Source of the DNA: Antedon mediterranea
Taxonomy: Eukaryota; Animalia; Echinodermata
Direction: 5' to 3'
DNA: 64,000 nucleotides
Assembly: GCF_964355755.1 (NCBI RefSeq)
Contig: NC_092679.1
Coordinates: 10,895,432 to 10,959,431 of the forward strand
The position numbers were made by a program, and so were the translations under genes. Positions 36,560 to 49,945 of this stretch are shown one piece after another (position 1 is the stretch's first letter; each line of letters begins with the position of its first letter). Below the pieces are notes generated by a model. The model worked only from the letters and a program-made list of their open reading frames with translations, ran no database searches and was not told the DNA's origin.

Positions 36560-39500
36560 TTTAAAATATGTACTCCCAAATGGGTTCTATAAGAACTCTA
36601 CCCCTACACATGTTTAACTACTTGAATGTGCTGTAATATTGTGTTGTCTAATAGATTAGATAGATAGATTTCTCAACTAATTATTCTGTTAGATTTGTCT
36701 CAAATATTTACTCTTAATTGTGTCCTATAACCTGAACTGCTGTGTTTAATTTTGTCCTACAACCAATTAAACTAAACTGAATTGCTCTGTTTAATTTTGT
36801 TCTACAACCAACTTAAATAAACTTCTCTATTTAATTTTGTCTTACAACCAACTAAACTAAACTGAATTGCTATGTTTAATTGTGTCTTACAACCAACTAA
36901 ACTAAACTGAATTGCACAAGTCTAAATATATGAATGTTCTGTATTATTGTGTTGTCTACTAGATAATTTCTTAACCAATTATACTTTTAGATTTGTCTAA
37001 AATATGTACCCTTAATGATGTTCTATAATAACTGTACCCCTACACATGTCTAAATATTTGAATGTTCTGTATTGTTTTGTTGTCTACTAGATAATTTCCC
37101 AACCAATTATACTTTTAAATTTGTCTAAAATATATTATCTTAATTGTTGTCTACAATAACTGTACCCCTACATATGTCTAAATATTTGAATGCTCTGTAT
37201 TATTGGCTAATAGATGAATTGCTGTGTTTAATTGTGTCCTACCAACTAATCTAAACTGAATTGCTCTGTTTAATTTTGTTCTACAACAAACTAGACTAAA
37301 CTGAACTGCTATGTTTAATTGTGTCCTACAACCAACTAAACTAAACTGAATTGCTCTGTTTAATTGTGTCCTACAACCAACTAAACTAACCTGAATTGCT
37401 CTGTTTAATTGTGTCCTACAACCAACTAAACTAAACTGAATTGCTATGTTTAATTGTGTCCTACAACCAACTAAACTAAACTGAATTGCTCTGTTTAATT
37501 GTGTCCTACAACCAACTAAACTACACTGAATTGCTATGTTTAATTGTGTCCTAAAACCAACTAAACTAAACTGAATTGCTATGTTTAATTGTGTCCTACA
37601 ACCAACTAAACTAAACTGAATTGCTCTGTTTAATTGTGTCCTAAAACCAACTAAACTAAACTGAATTGCTCTGTTTAATTGTGTCCTACAACCAACTAAA
37701 CTAACCTGAATTGCTCTGTTTAATTGTGTCCTACAACCAACTAAACTAAACTGAATTGCTGTGTTTAATTGTGTCCTACAACCAACTAAACTAACCTGAA
37801 TTGCTGTGTTTCATTGTGTCCTACAACCAACTAAACTAACCTGAATTGCTGTGTTTCATTGTGTCCTACAACCAACTAAACTAAACTGAATTGCTCTGTT
37901 TAATTGTGTCCTACAACCAACTAAACTAAACTGAATTGCTGTGTTTCATTTTGTTCTACAACCAACTAAACTAAACTGAATTGCTATGTTTAATTGTGTC
38001 CTAAAACCAACTAAACTACACTGAATTGCTATGTTTAATTGTGTCCTAAAACCAACTAAACTAAACTGAATTACTCTGTTTAATTGTGTCCTAAAACCAA
38101 CTAAACTAAACTGAATTGCTATGTTTAATTGTGTCCTAAAACCAACTAAACTAAACTGAATTACTCTGTTTAATTGTGTCCTAAAACCAACTAAACTAAC
38201 CTGAATTGCTCTGTTTAATTGTGTCCTACAACCAACTAAACTAAACTGAATTACTCTGTTTAATTGTGTCCTAAAACCAACTAAACTAAACTGAATTGCT
38301 ATGTTTAATTGTGTCCTAAAACCAACTAAACTAAACTGAATTACTCTGTTTAATTGTGTCCTAAAACCAACTAAACTAACCTGAATTGCTCTGTTTAATT
38401 GTGTCCTACAACCAACTAAACTAACCTGAATTGCTCTGTTTAATTGTGTCCTACAACCAACTAAACTAAACTGAATTGCTCTGTTTAATTTTGTTCTACA
38501 ACCAACTAAACTAAACTGCTGTGATTGTGTCCTACAACCAACTAAACTAAACTGAACTGCTGTGATTGCGTCCTACAACCAAAAATGTCTCAACCAATTA
38601 TACTGTTAGATTTTTCTAAAATATGTAATCCTAATTGTGTTCTATAATAACTATTACCCCTACACATGTCTAACTACTTGAATGTCCTGTATTATTATTC
38701 TGTTAGATTTGTCTAAAATATGTACTCTTAATTGTGTTCTATAATAACTGTATCCTTACACATGTCTACTTGAATGTCCATTTGGTTGTTCAATAGATGA
38801 TTTCTCAACCAATTATACTGTTAGAGTTGTCAAATATGTACTCCAAAATGGGTTATATAATAACTGTACCCCTACACATGTCTAACTACTTGAATGTCCT
38901 GTATTATTGGGTTGTTTAATGGATGATTTTTCAACCAATTATACTTTTAGATTTGTCTAAAATATGTACTCTTAATTGTGTTCTATAATAACTGTACCCC
39001 TAGACCTATCTAAGTACTTGATTGTCCTGTATTTTTTAGTTGTTCTACAGATGATTTCTCAACCAATTATACTGTTAGATGTGCTGTGTTTTATTTTGCC
39101 CTAAACAACTAACTAAATTGAACTGCATTCCTCTGTTTAATTTTGTCGTAAGTAATTAACTAAACTGAATTCCTTGTTTAACTTTGTCCTAAAGCAACTA
39201 ACTAAACTGAACTGCATTGCTGTGTTTAAATTTCTCATACAACCAACTAAACTGAACTGCATTGCTGTGTTTAAATTTCTCATACAACCAACTAAACTGA
39301 ACTGCATTGCTGTGTTTAAATTTCTCATACAACCAACTAAACTGAACTGCATTGCTGTGTTTAAGTTTCTCATACAACTAACTAAATTGAACTGCATTCC
39401 TCTGTTTAATTTTGTCGTAAGTAATTAACTAAACTGAATTCCTTGTTTAACTTTGTCCTAAAGCAACTAACTAAACTGAACTGCATTGCTGTGTTTAAAT

Positions 39501-42500
39501 TTCTCATACAACCAACTAAACTGAACTGCATTCCTGTGTTTAATTTTGCCCTTAACAACTAACTAAACTGAACTGCATTGCTGTGTTTAAATTTCTCATA
39601 CAACCAACTAAACTGAACTGCATTCCTATGTTTAATTTTGCCCTTAACAACTAACTAAACTGAACTGCATTGCTGTCTTTAAATTTCTCATACAACCAAC
39701 TAAACTGAACTGCATTCCTATGTTTAATTTTGCCCTTAACAACTAACTTAATTGAACTGCATTGCTGTGTTTAAATTTCTCATACAACCAACTAAACTGA
39801 ACTGCATTCCTATGTTTAATTTTGCCCTTAACAACTAACTAAACTGAACTGCATTGCTGTGTTTAAATTTCTCATACAACCAACTAAACTGAACTGCATT
39901 CCTGTGTTTAATTTTGCCCTAAACAACTAACTAAACTGAACTGCATTGCTGTGTTTAAATTTCTCATACAACCAACTAAACGGAACTGTATTCCTATGTT
40001 TAATTTTGCCCTTAACAACTAACTAAACTGAACTGCATTGCTCTGTTTAAATTTCTCCTACAACCAACTAAAATTAACTGCATTCCTGTGTTTAATTTTG
40101 CCCTAAACAACTAACTAAACTGAATTTCTCTGTTTATTTTGTTCTAAACTAAACTGAACTGCTGTGTTTAATTGTGTCCTAAAACCAACTAAACTAAATT
40201 TCTCTGTTTAATTACTAAACTAAACTGTGCTGCTGTGTTAAATTGTGTTCTACAACAAACTAAACTAAACTAAGCTGCTGTGTTTAATTTTGTCCTACAA
40301 CCAACTAAACTAAACTGAATTGCTCTGTTTAATTTTGTTCTACAACCAACTAAACTAAACTGAATTGCTCTGTTTAATTGTGTCCTACAACCAACTAAAC
40401 TAAACTGAAATGCTGTGTTTAATTGTGTCCTACAACCAACTAAACTAACCTGAACTGCTGTGTTTAATTGTGTCCTACAACCAACTAAACTAAACTGAAT
40501 TGCTCTGTTTAATTGTGTCCTACAACCAACTAAACTACACTGAATTGCTATGTTTAATTGTGTCCTACAACCAACTAAACTAAACTGAATTGCTCTGTTT
40601 AATTGTGTCCTACAACCAACTAAACTAAACTGAATTGCTCTGTTTAATTGTGTCCTACAACCAACTAAACTAAACTGAATTGCTCTGTTTAATTGTGTCC
40701 TACAACCAACTAAACTAAACTGAATTGCTCTGTTGTTTCATTTTGTTCTACAAACAACTAAACTGAACTGAATTGCTGTGTTTAATTGTGTCCTACAACC
40801 AACTAAACTAAACTGAATTGCTCTGTTTAATTGTGTCCTACAGCCAACTAAGCTAAATTAGAATTGCTGTGTTTAATGTTGTTCTACAACCAAATAAAAT
40901 AAACTTAATTACTCTGTTAAATTGTGTCCTACAACCAACTAAACTAAACTGAATTTCTCTGTTTAATTGTGTCCTACAACCAACTAAACTAAACTGAACT
41001 GCTGTGTTTAATTGTGTCCTAAAACCAACTAAACTAAACTGAATTGCTCTGTTTAATTGTGTCCTACAACCAACTAAACTAAACTGAATTGCTCTGTTTA
41101 ATTGTGTCCTAAAACCAACTAAACTAAACTGAATTGCTCTGTTTAATTGTGTCCTACAACCAACTAAACTAAACTGAATTGCTCGGTTTAATTGTGTCCT
41201 ACAACCAACTAAACTAAACTGAATTGCTCTGTTTAATTGTGTCCTACAACCAACTAAACTAAACTGAATTGCTCTGTTAATTGTGTCTTACAACCAACTA
41301 AACTAAACTGAATTGCTATGTTTAATTGTGTCTTACAACCAACTAAACTAAACTGAATTACTCTGTTTAATTGTGTCCTAAAACCAACTAAACTAAACTA
41401 AACTGAATTGCTATGTTTAATTGTGTCCTAAAACCAACTAAACTACACTGAATTGCTATGTTTAATTGTGTCCTAAAACCAACTAAACTAAACTGAATTG
41501 CTATATTTAATTGTGTCTTACAACCAACTAAACTAAACTGAATTACTCTGTTTAATTGTGTCCTACAGCCAACTAAGCTAAATTAGAATTGCTGTGTTTA
41601 ATGTTGTTCTACAACCAAATAAAATAAACTTAATTACTCTGTTAAATTGTGTCCTACAACCAACTAAACTAAACTGAATTTCTCTGTTTATTTTGTTCTA
41701 AACTAAACTGAACTGCTGTGTTTAATTGTGTCCTAAAACCAACTAAACTAAATTTCTCTGTTTAATTACTAAACTAAACTGTGCTGCCGTGTTAAATTGT
41801 GTTCTACAACCAACTAAACTAAACTAAGCTGCTGTGTTTAATTTTGTCCTACAACCAACTAAACTAAACTGAATTGCTCTGTTTAATTGTGTCCTACAAC
41901 CAACTAAACTAAACTGAATTGCTCTGTTTAATTTTGTTCTACAACCAACTAAACTAAAGTGCTGTGATTGTGTCCTACAACCAACTAAACTAAACTGAAC
42001 TGCTATGATTGTGTCCTACAACCAAAAATGTCTCAACCAATTATACTGTTAGATTTTTCTAAAATATGTAATCTTAATTGTGTTCTATAATAACTATTAC
42101 CCCTACACATGTCTAACTACTTGAATGTCCTGTATTATTATTCTGTTAGATTTGTCTAAAATATGTACTCTTAATTGTGTTCTATAATAACTGTATCCTT
42201 ACACATGTCTACTTGAATGTCCATTTGGTTGTTGAATAGATGATTTCTCAACCAATTATACTGTTAGAGTTGTCAAATATGTACTCCAAAATGGGTTATA
42301 TAATAACTGTACCCCTACACATGTCTAACTACTTGAATGTCCTGTATTATTGGGTTGTTTAATGGATGATTTTTCAACCAATTATACTTTTAGATTTGTC
42401 TAAAATATGTACTCTTAATTGTGTTCTATAATAACTGTACCCCTAGACCTATCTAAGTACTTGAATGTCCTGTATTTTTTAGTTGTTCTACAGATGATTT

Positions 42501-45500
42501 CTCAACCAATTATACTGTTAGATGTGCTGTGTTTTATTTTGCCCTAAACAACTAACTAAATTGAACTGCATTCCTCTGTTTAATTTTGTCATAAGTAATT
42601 AACTAAACTGAATTCCTTGTTTAACTTTGTCCTAAAGCAACTAACTAAACTGAACTGCATTCCTGTGTTTAATTTTTCCCTAAACAACTAACTAAACTGA
42701 ACTGCATTGCTGTGTTTAAATTTCTCATACAACCAACTAAACGGAACTGCATTCCTATGTTTAATTTTGCCCTTAACAACTAACTAAACTGAACTGCATT
42801 GCTCTGTTTAAATTTCTCCTACAATCAACTAAAATTAACTGCATTCCTGTGTTTAATTTTGCCCTAAACAACTAACTAAACTGAACTGCATTGCTGTGTT
42901 TAAATTTATCCTACAACCAACTAAACTGAACTGCATTCCTATGTTTAATTTTGCCCTTAACAACTAACTAAACTGAACTGCATTGCTCTGTTTAAATTTC
43001 TCCTACAACCAACTAAAATTAACTGCATTCCTGTGTTTAATTTTGCCCTAAACAACTAACTAAACTGAACTGCATTGCTGTGTTTAAATTTATCCTACAA
43101 CCAATAGATCAAACTACAATGTACTCTTAATTGTGCTCTACAATAACTGTACCCCTACACATGTCTAAATACTTGAATGTCCTGTATTATTGGATTGTTC
43201 TATAGATGATTTCTCAACCAATTATACTGTTAGATTTGTTTAAAATATGTACTCCCAAATGGGTTCTATAAGAACTCTACCCCTACACATGTTTAACTAC
43301 TTGAATGTGCTGTAATATTGTGTTGTCTAATAGATTAGATAGATAGATTTCTCAACCAATTATTCTGTTAGATTTGTCTCAAATATTTACTCTTAATTGT
43401 GTCCTATAACCTGAACTGCTGTGTTTAATTTTGTCCTACAACCAACTAAACTAAACTGAATTGCTCTGTTTAATTTTGTTCTACAACCAACTTAAATAAA
43501 CTTCTCTATTTAATTTTGTCTTACAACCAACTAAACTAAACTGAATTGCTATGTTTAATTGTGTCTTACAACCAACTAAACTAAACTGAATTACACAAGT
43601 CTAAATATTTGAATGTTCTGTATTATTGTGTTGTCTACTAGACAATTTCTTAACCAATTATACTTTTAGATTTGTCTAAAATATGTACCCTTAATGATGT
43701 TCTATAATAACTGTACCCCTACACATGTCTAAATATTTGAATGTTCTGTATTGTTTTGTTGTCTACTAGATAATTTACCAACCAATTATACTTTTAAATT
43801 TGTCTAAAATATATTATCTTAATTGTTGTCTACAATAACTGTACCCCTACATATGTCTAAATATTTGAATGCTCTGTATTATTGTTTTGGCTAATAGATG
43901 AATTGCTGTGTTTAATTGTGTCCTACAACCAACTAATCTAAACTGAATTGCTCGGTTTAATTTTGTTCTACAACCAACTAAACTAAACTGAATTGCTGTG
44001 TTTAATTGTGTCCTACAACAAACTAAACTAAACTGAATTGCTCTGTTTAATTGTGTCCTACAACCAACTAAACTAAACTGAATTGCTCTGTTTAATTGTG
44101 TCCTACAACCAACTAAACTAAACTGAATTGCTCTGTTTAATTGTGTCCTACAACCAACTAAACTAAACTGAATTGCTCTGTTTAATTGTGTCCTACAACC
44201 AACTAAACTAAACTGAATTGCTGTGTTTAATTTTGTCCTACAACCAACTAAACTAAACTGAATTGCTCTGTTTAATTTTGTCCTACAACCAACTAAACTA
44301 AACTGAATTACTCTGTTTAATTGTGTCCTACAACCAACTAAACTAAACTGAATTGCTCTGTTTAATTGTCTCTTACAACCAACTAAACTAAACTGAATTG
44401 CTCTGTTTAATTGTGTCTTACAACCAACTAAACTAAACTGAATTGCTCTGTTTAATTGTGTCCTACAACCAACTAAACTAAACTGAATTGCTCTGTTTAA
44501 TTGTGTCCTAAAACCAACTAAACTAAACTGAATTGCTATGTTTAATTGTGTCCTAAAACCAACTAAACTAAACTGAATTGCCGTGTTTAATTTTGTCCTA
44601 CAACCAACTAAACTAAACTGAATTGCTCTGTTTAATTGTGTCCTACAACCAACTAAACTAAACTGAATTGCTCTGTTTAATTGTGTCCTACAACCAACTA
44701 AACTAAACTGAATTACTCTGTTTAATTGTGTCCTACAACCAACTAAACTAAACTGAATTGCTGTGTTTAATTGTGTCCTACAACCAACTAAACTAAACTG
44801 AATTGCTCTGTTTCATTTTGTTCTACAAACAACTAAACTGAACTGAATTGCTGTGTTTAATTGTGTCCTACAACCAACTAAACTAAACTGAATTGCTCTG
44901 TTTCATTTTGTTCTACAAACAACTAAACTGAACTGAATTGCTGTGTTTAATTGTGTCCTACAACCAACTAAACTAAACTGAATTGCTCTGTTTCATTTTG
45001 TTCTACAAACAACTAAACTGAACTGAGCTGAACTGCTGTGTTTAATTGTGTCCTAAAACCAACTAAACTAAACTGAATTGCTCTGTTTAATTGTGTCCTA
45101 CAACCAACTAAACTGAACTGAATTGCTCTGTTTCATTTTGTTCTACAAACAACTAAACTGAACTGAGCTGAACTGCTGTGTTTAATTGTGTCCTAAAACC
45201 AACTAAACTAAACTGAATTGCTATGTTTAATTGTGTCCTACAACCAACTAAACTAAACTGAATTGCTCTGTTTAATTGTGTCCTAAAACCAACTAAACTA
45301 AACTGAATTGCTCTGTTTAATTGTGTCCTACAACCAACTAAACTAAACTGAATTGCTCTGTTTAATTGTGTCCTACAACCAACTAAACTAAACTGAATTG
45401 CTCTGTTTAATTGTGTCCTACAACCAACTAAACTAAACTGAATTGCTCTGTTTAATTGTGTCTTACAACCAACTAAACTAAACTGAATTGCTATGTTTAA

Positions 45501-48500
45501 TTGTGTCTTACAACCCACTAAACTAAACTGAATTACTCTGTTTAATTGTGTCCTAAAACCAACTAAACTAAACTGAATTGCTCTGTTTAATTGTGTCCTA
45601 CAACCAACTAAACTAAACTGAATTGCTCTGTGTTATTGTGTCTTACAACCAACTAAACTAAACTGAATTGCTATGTTTAATTGTGTCTTACAACCCACTA
45701 AACTGAATTACTCTGTTTAATTGTGTCCTAAAACCAACTAAACTAAACTGAATTGCTATGTTTAATTGTGTCCTAAAACCAACTAAACTACACTGAATTG
45801 CTATGTTTAATTGTGTCCTAAAACCAACTAAACTAAACTGAATTGCTATATTTAATTGTGTCTTACAACCAACTAAACTAAACTGAATTACTCTGTTTAA
45901 TTGTGTCCTACAGCCAACTAAGCTAAATTAGAATTGCTGTGTTTAATGTTGTTCTACAACCAAATAAAATAAACTTAATTACTCTGTTAAATTGTGTCCC
46001 ACAACCAACTAAACTAAACTGAATTTCTCTGTTTATTTTGTTCTAAACTAAACTGAACTGCTGTGTTTAATTGTGTCCTAAAACCAACTAAACTAAATTT
46101 CTCTGATTAATTACTAAACTAAACTAAGCTGCTGTGTTTAATTTTGTCCTACAACCAACTAAACTAAACTGAATTGCTGTGTTTAATTTTGTCCTACAAC
46201 CAACGAAACTAAACTGAATTGCTCTGTTTAATTTTGTTCTACAACCAACTAAACTAAAGTGCTGTGATTGTGTCCTACAACCAACTAAACTAAACTGAAC
46301 TGCTATGATTGTGCCCTACAACCAAAAATGTCTCAACCAATTATACTGTTAGATTTTTCTAAAATATGTAATCTTAATTGTGTTCTATAATAACTATTAC
46401 CCCTACACATGTCTAACTACTTGAATGTCCTGTATTATTATTCTGTTAGATTTGTCTAAAATATGTACTCTTAATTGTGTTCTATAATATCCTTACACAT
46501 GTCTACTTGAATGTCCATTTGGTTGTTGAATAGATGATTTCTCAACCAATTATACTGTTAGAGTTGTCAAATATGTACTCCAAAATGGGTTATATAATAA
46601 CTGTACCCCTACACATGTCTAACTACTTGAATGTCCTGTATTATTGGGTTGTTTAATGGATGATTTTTCAACCAATTATACTTTTAGATTTGTCTAAAAT
46701 ATGTACTCTTAATTGTGTTCTATAATAACTGTACCCCTAGACCTATCTAAGTACTTGAATGTCCTGTATTTTTTAGTTGTTCTACAGATGATTTCTCAAC
46801 CAATTATACTGTTAGATGTGCTGTGTTTTATTTTGCCCTAAACAACTAACTAAATTGAACTGCATTCCTCTGTTTAATTTTGTCATAAGTAATTAACTAA
46901 ACTGAATTCCTTGTTTAACTTTGTCCTAAAGCAACTAACTAAACTGAACTGCATTGCTGTGTTTAAATTTCTCATACAACCAACTAAACTGAACTGCATT
47001 CCTATGTTTAATTTTGCCCTTAACAACTAACTAAACTGAACTGCATTGCTCTGTTTAAATTTCTCCTACAACCAACTAAAATTAACTGCATTCCTGTGTT
47101 TAATTTTGCCCTAAACAACTAACTAACCTGAACTGCATTGCTGTGTTTAAATTTCTTCTACAACCAATTGATAAAAACTACAATTTACTCTTAATTGTGT
47201 TCTATAATAATTGTCCCCCCAGACATGTCTAACTACCTGAATGTTCTGTATTATTGAGTTGTTCAATAGATGATTTCTCAACCAATTACACTGTTAGATT
47301 TGCTGTTTATTTTGCCCTAAACAACTAACTAAACTGAACTGTATTGCTGTGTTTAAATTTCACCTACAACCAACTAAACTGAACTGCAATCCTGTGTTTA
47401 ATTTTGCCCTAAACAACTAACTAACCTGAACTGCATTGCTGTGTTTAAATTTCTTCTACAACCAATTGATAAAAACTACAATTTACTCTTAATTGTGTTC
47501 TATAATAACTGTACCCCTACACATGTCTAACTACTTGAATGTCCTGTATTATTGGGTTGTTCAATAGATGATTTTTAAACAAATAGTACTGTTAGATTTG
47601 TCTAAAATATGTACTCTTAATTGTGCTCTATAATAACTGTACCCCTACACTTGTCTGACTACTTTAATGTCCTGTATTGTTGAGTTGTTCAATAGATAAT
47701 TTCTCGATCAATTAGACTTTTAGATTTGTCTAAAATATGTACTCTTAATTGTGCTCTATAATAACTGTACCCCTACACTTGTCTGACTCCTTTAATGTCC
47801 TGTATTGTTGAGTTGTTCAATAGATAATTTCTGAATCAATTAGACTTTTAGATTTGTCTAAAATATGTACTCTTAATTGTGTTCTATAATAACTGTACCC
47901 CTACACATGTCTGACTACTTTAATGTCATGTATTGTTGAGTTGTTCAATAGATAATTTTTCAATCAATTATACTTTTAGATTTGTCTAAAATATGTACTC
48001 CTAATTGTGTTCTATAATAACTGTCCCCCTACACATGTCTAACTACTTGAATGTCCTGTATTATTGTGTTGTCCAATAGATGATTTCTCAACCAATTACA
48101 CTGTTAGATTTGCTGTTTTATTTTGCCCTAAACAACTAACTAAACTGAACTGTATTGCTGTGTTTAAATTTCACCTACAACCAACTAAACTGAACTGCAA
48201 TCCTGTGTTTAATTTTGCCCTAAACAACTAACTAACCTGAACTGCATTGCTGTGTTTAAATTTCTTCTACAACCAATTGATAAAAACTACAATTTACTCT
48301 TAATTGTGTTCTATAATAACTGTCCCCCCAGACATGTCTAACTACTTGAATGTCCTGTATTATTGAGTTGTTCAATAGATGATTTCTCAACCAATTACAC
48401 TGTTAGATTTGTTGTTTTATTTTGCCCTAAACAACTAACTAAACTGAACTGCATTGCTGTGTTTAAATTTATCCTACAACCAATAGATCAAACTACAATG

Positions 48501-49920
48501 TACTCTTAATTGTGTTCTATAATAACTGTACCCCTACACATGTCTGACTACTTTAATGTCCTGTATTGTTGAGTTGTTCAATAGATAATTTCTCAATCAA
48601 TTAGACTTTTAGATTTGTCTAAAATATGTACTCTTAATTGTGTTCTAAAATAACTTTACCCCTACACATGTCTAACTACTTGAATGTTCTGTATTATTGA
48701 GTTGTTCAATAGATGATTTCTCAACCAATTACACTGTTAGATTTGTTGTTTTATTTTGCCCTAAACAACTAACTAAACTGAACTGTATTTATATTTCACC
48801 TACAACCAACTAAACTGAACTGCAATACTGTGTTTAATTTTGCCCTAAACAACTAACTAAACTGAACTGCATTGCTGTGTTTAAATTTCTTCTACAACTA
48901 ACTAAACTGAACTGTATTCCTGTGTTTAATTTTGCCCTAAACAACTAACTAAACTGAACTGCATTGCTGTGTTTAAATTTCTTCTACAACCAACTAAACT
49001 GAACTGCAATCCTGTGTTTAATTTTGCCATAAACAACTAACTAACCTAAACTGCATTGCTGTGTTTAAATTTCTTCTACAACCAATTGATAAAAACTACA
49101 ATTTACTCTTAATTGTGTTCTATAAAAACGGTACCCCTACACATGTCTAACTACTTGAATGTTCTGTATTATTGAGTTGTTCAATAGATGATTTCTCAAC
49201 CAATTATACTTTCAGATTTTTTTAAAATAATTACTCTTAATTGTGTTCTATAATAACTGTACTCTTAAACATGTCTAACTACTTGAATGGCTATTGGGTT
49301 GTTCAATAGATGATTTCTCAACCAATTATAATTTTAGAGTTGTCAAATATATGTACTCCTAAATAGGTTATATAATAACTGTACCCCTACACATGTCTAA
49401 CTACTTGAATGTCCTGTATTATTGGGTTGTTCAATAGATAAATTGAATTGCTCGGTTTAATTTTGTTCTACAACCAACTTAACTAAACTGAATTGCTGTG
49501 TTTAATTGTGTTCTACAAACAACTAAACTAAACTACATTGTTGTGTCTACATTTGTCCTACAACAATTAACCAAACTAAACTATGTTCACTTTTGTTTCA
49601 CAACCAACTAAATTCCATTGCTGTGTTTAAATTTGTCCTACAGTACAATTAACTAAACTATACTAAACTGAATTGATGTTTTTAATTGTTTTCCTATACA
49701 GAAAATAACTAAACTGAACTGTATTCCCCTGTTTAAATATGTTCTACAACCAACTAAACTACATTGCTGCTTCTAATTTTTCCCTACAGTAAATAACTAA
49801 ACTAAACTGTATTCCTTAGTTTAATTTTGTCCTATAACAACTAACTGAACTGTATTGCTGTTTTTAATTTTCCCTACAGTAATTAACTAAACTGACTGCA
49901 TTTCTGTGTTTAACTTTAGT
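36560..49920. repeat. Complex satellite array (45-bp A, 45/90-bp B, ~122-bp C monomers) with higher-order structure
   Basis: A = CAACCAACTAAACTAAACTGAATTGCTCTGTTTAATTGTGTCCTA; B = ...CTGAACTGCATT(G/C)CTGTGTTTAA...; C = TCTCAACCAATTATAC...CCCCTACACATGTCTAACTACTTGAATG.... Confidence 0.97.
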
Positions 49921-49945
49921 CTAGTACAAGAAGATTTAATTTGTT

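Noticed and set aside
45153-45518. Repetitive ORFs in the satellite (also 39137-39428)
   Set aside because: A 45-bp unit is a multiple of 3 and happens to lack stops in one frame; there is no coding signal.
36560-49920. Regular 45-bp repeats as a CRISPR array
   Set aside because: Head-to-tail repeats with no unique spacers, no cas genes, and a eukaryotic context.
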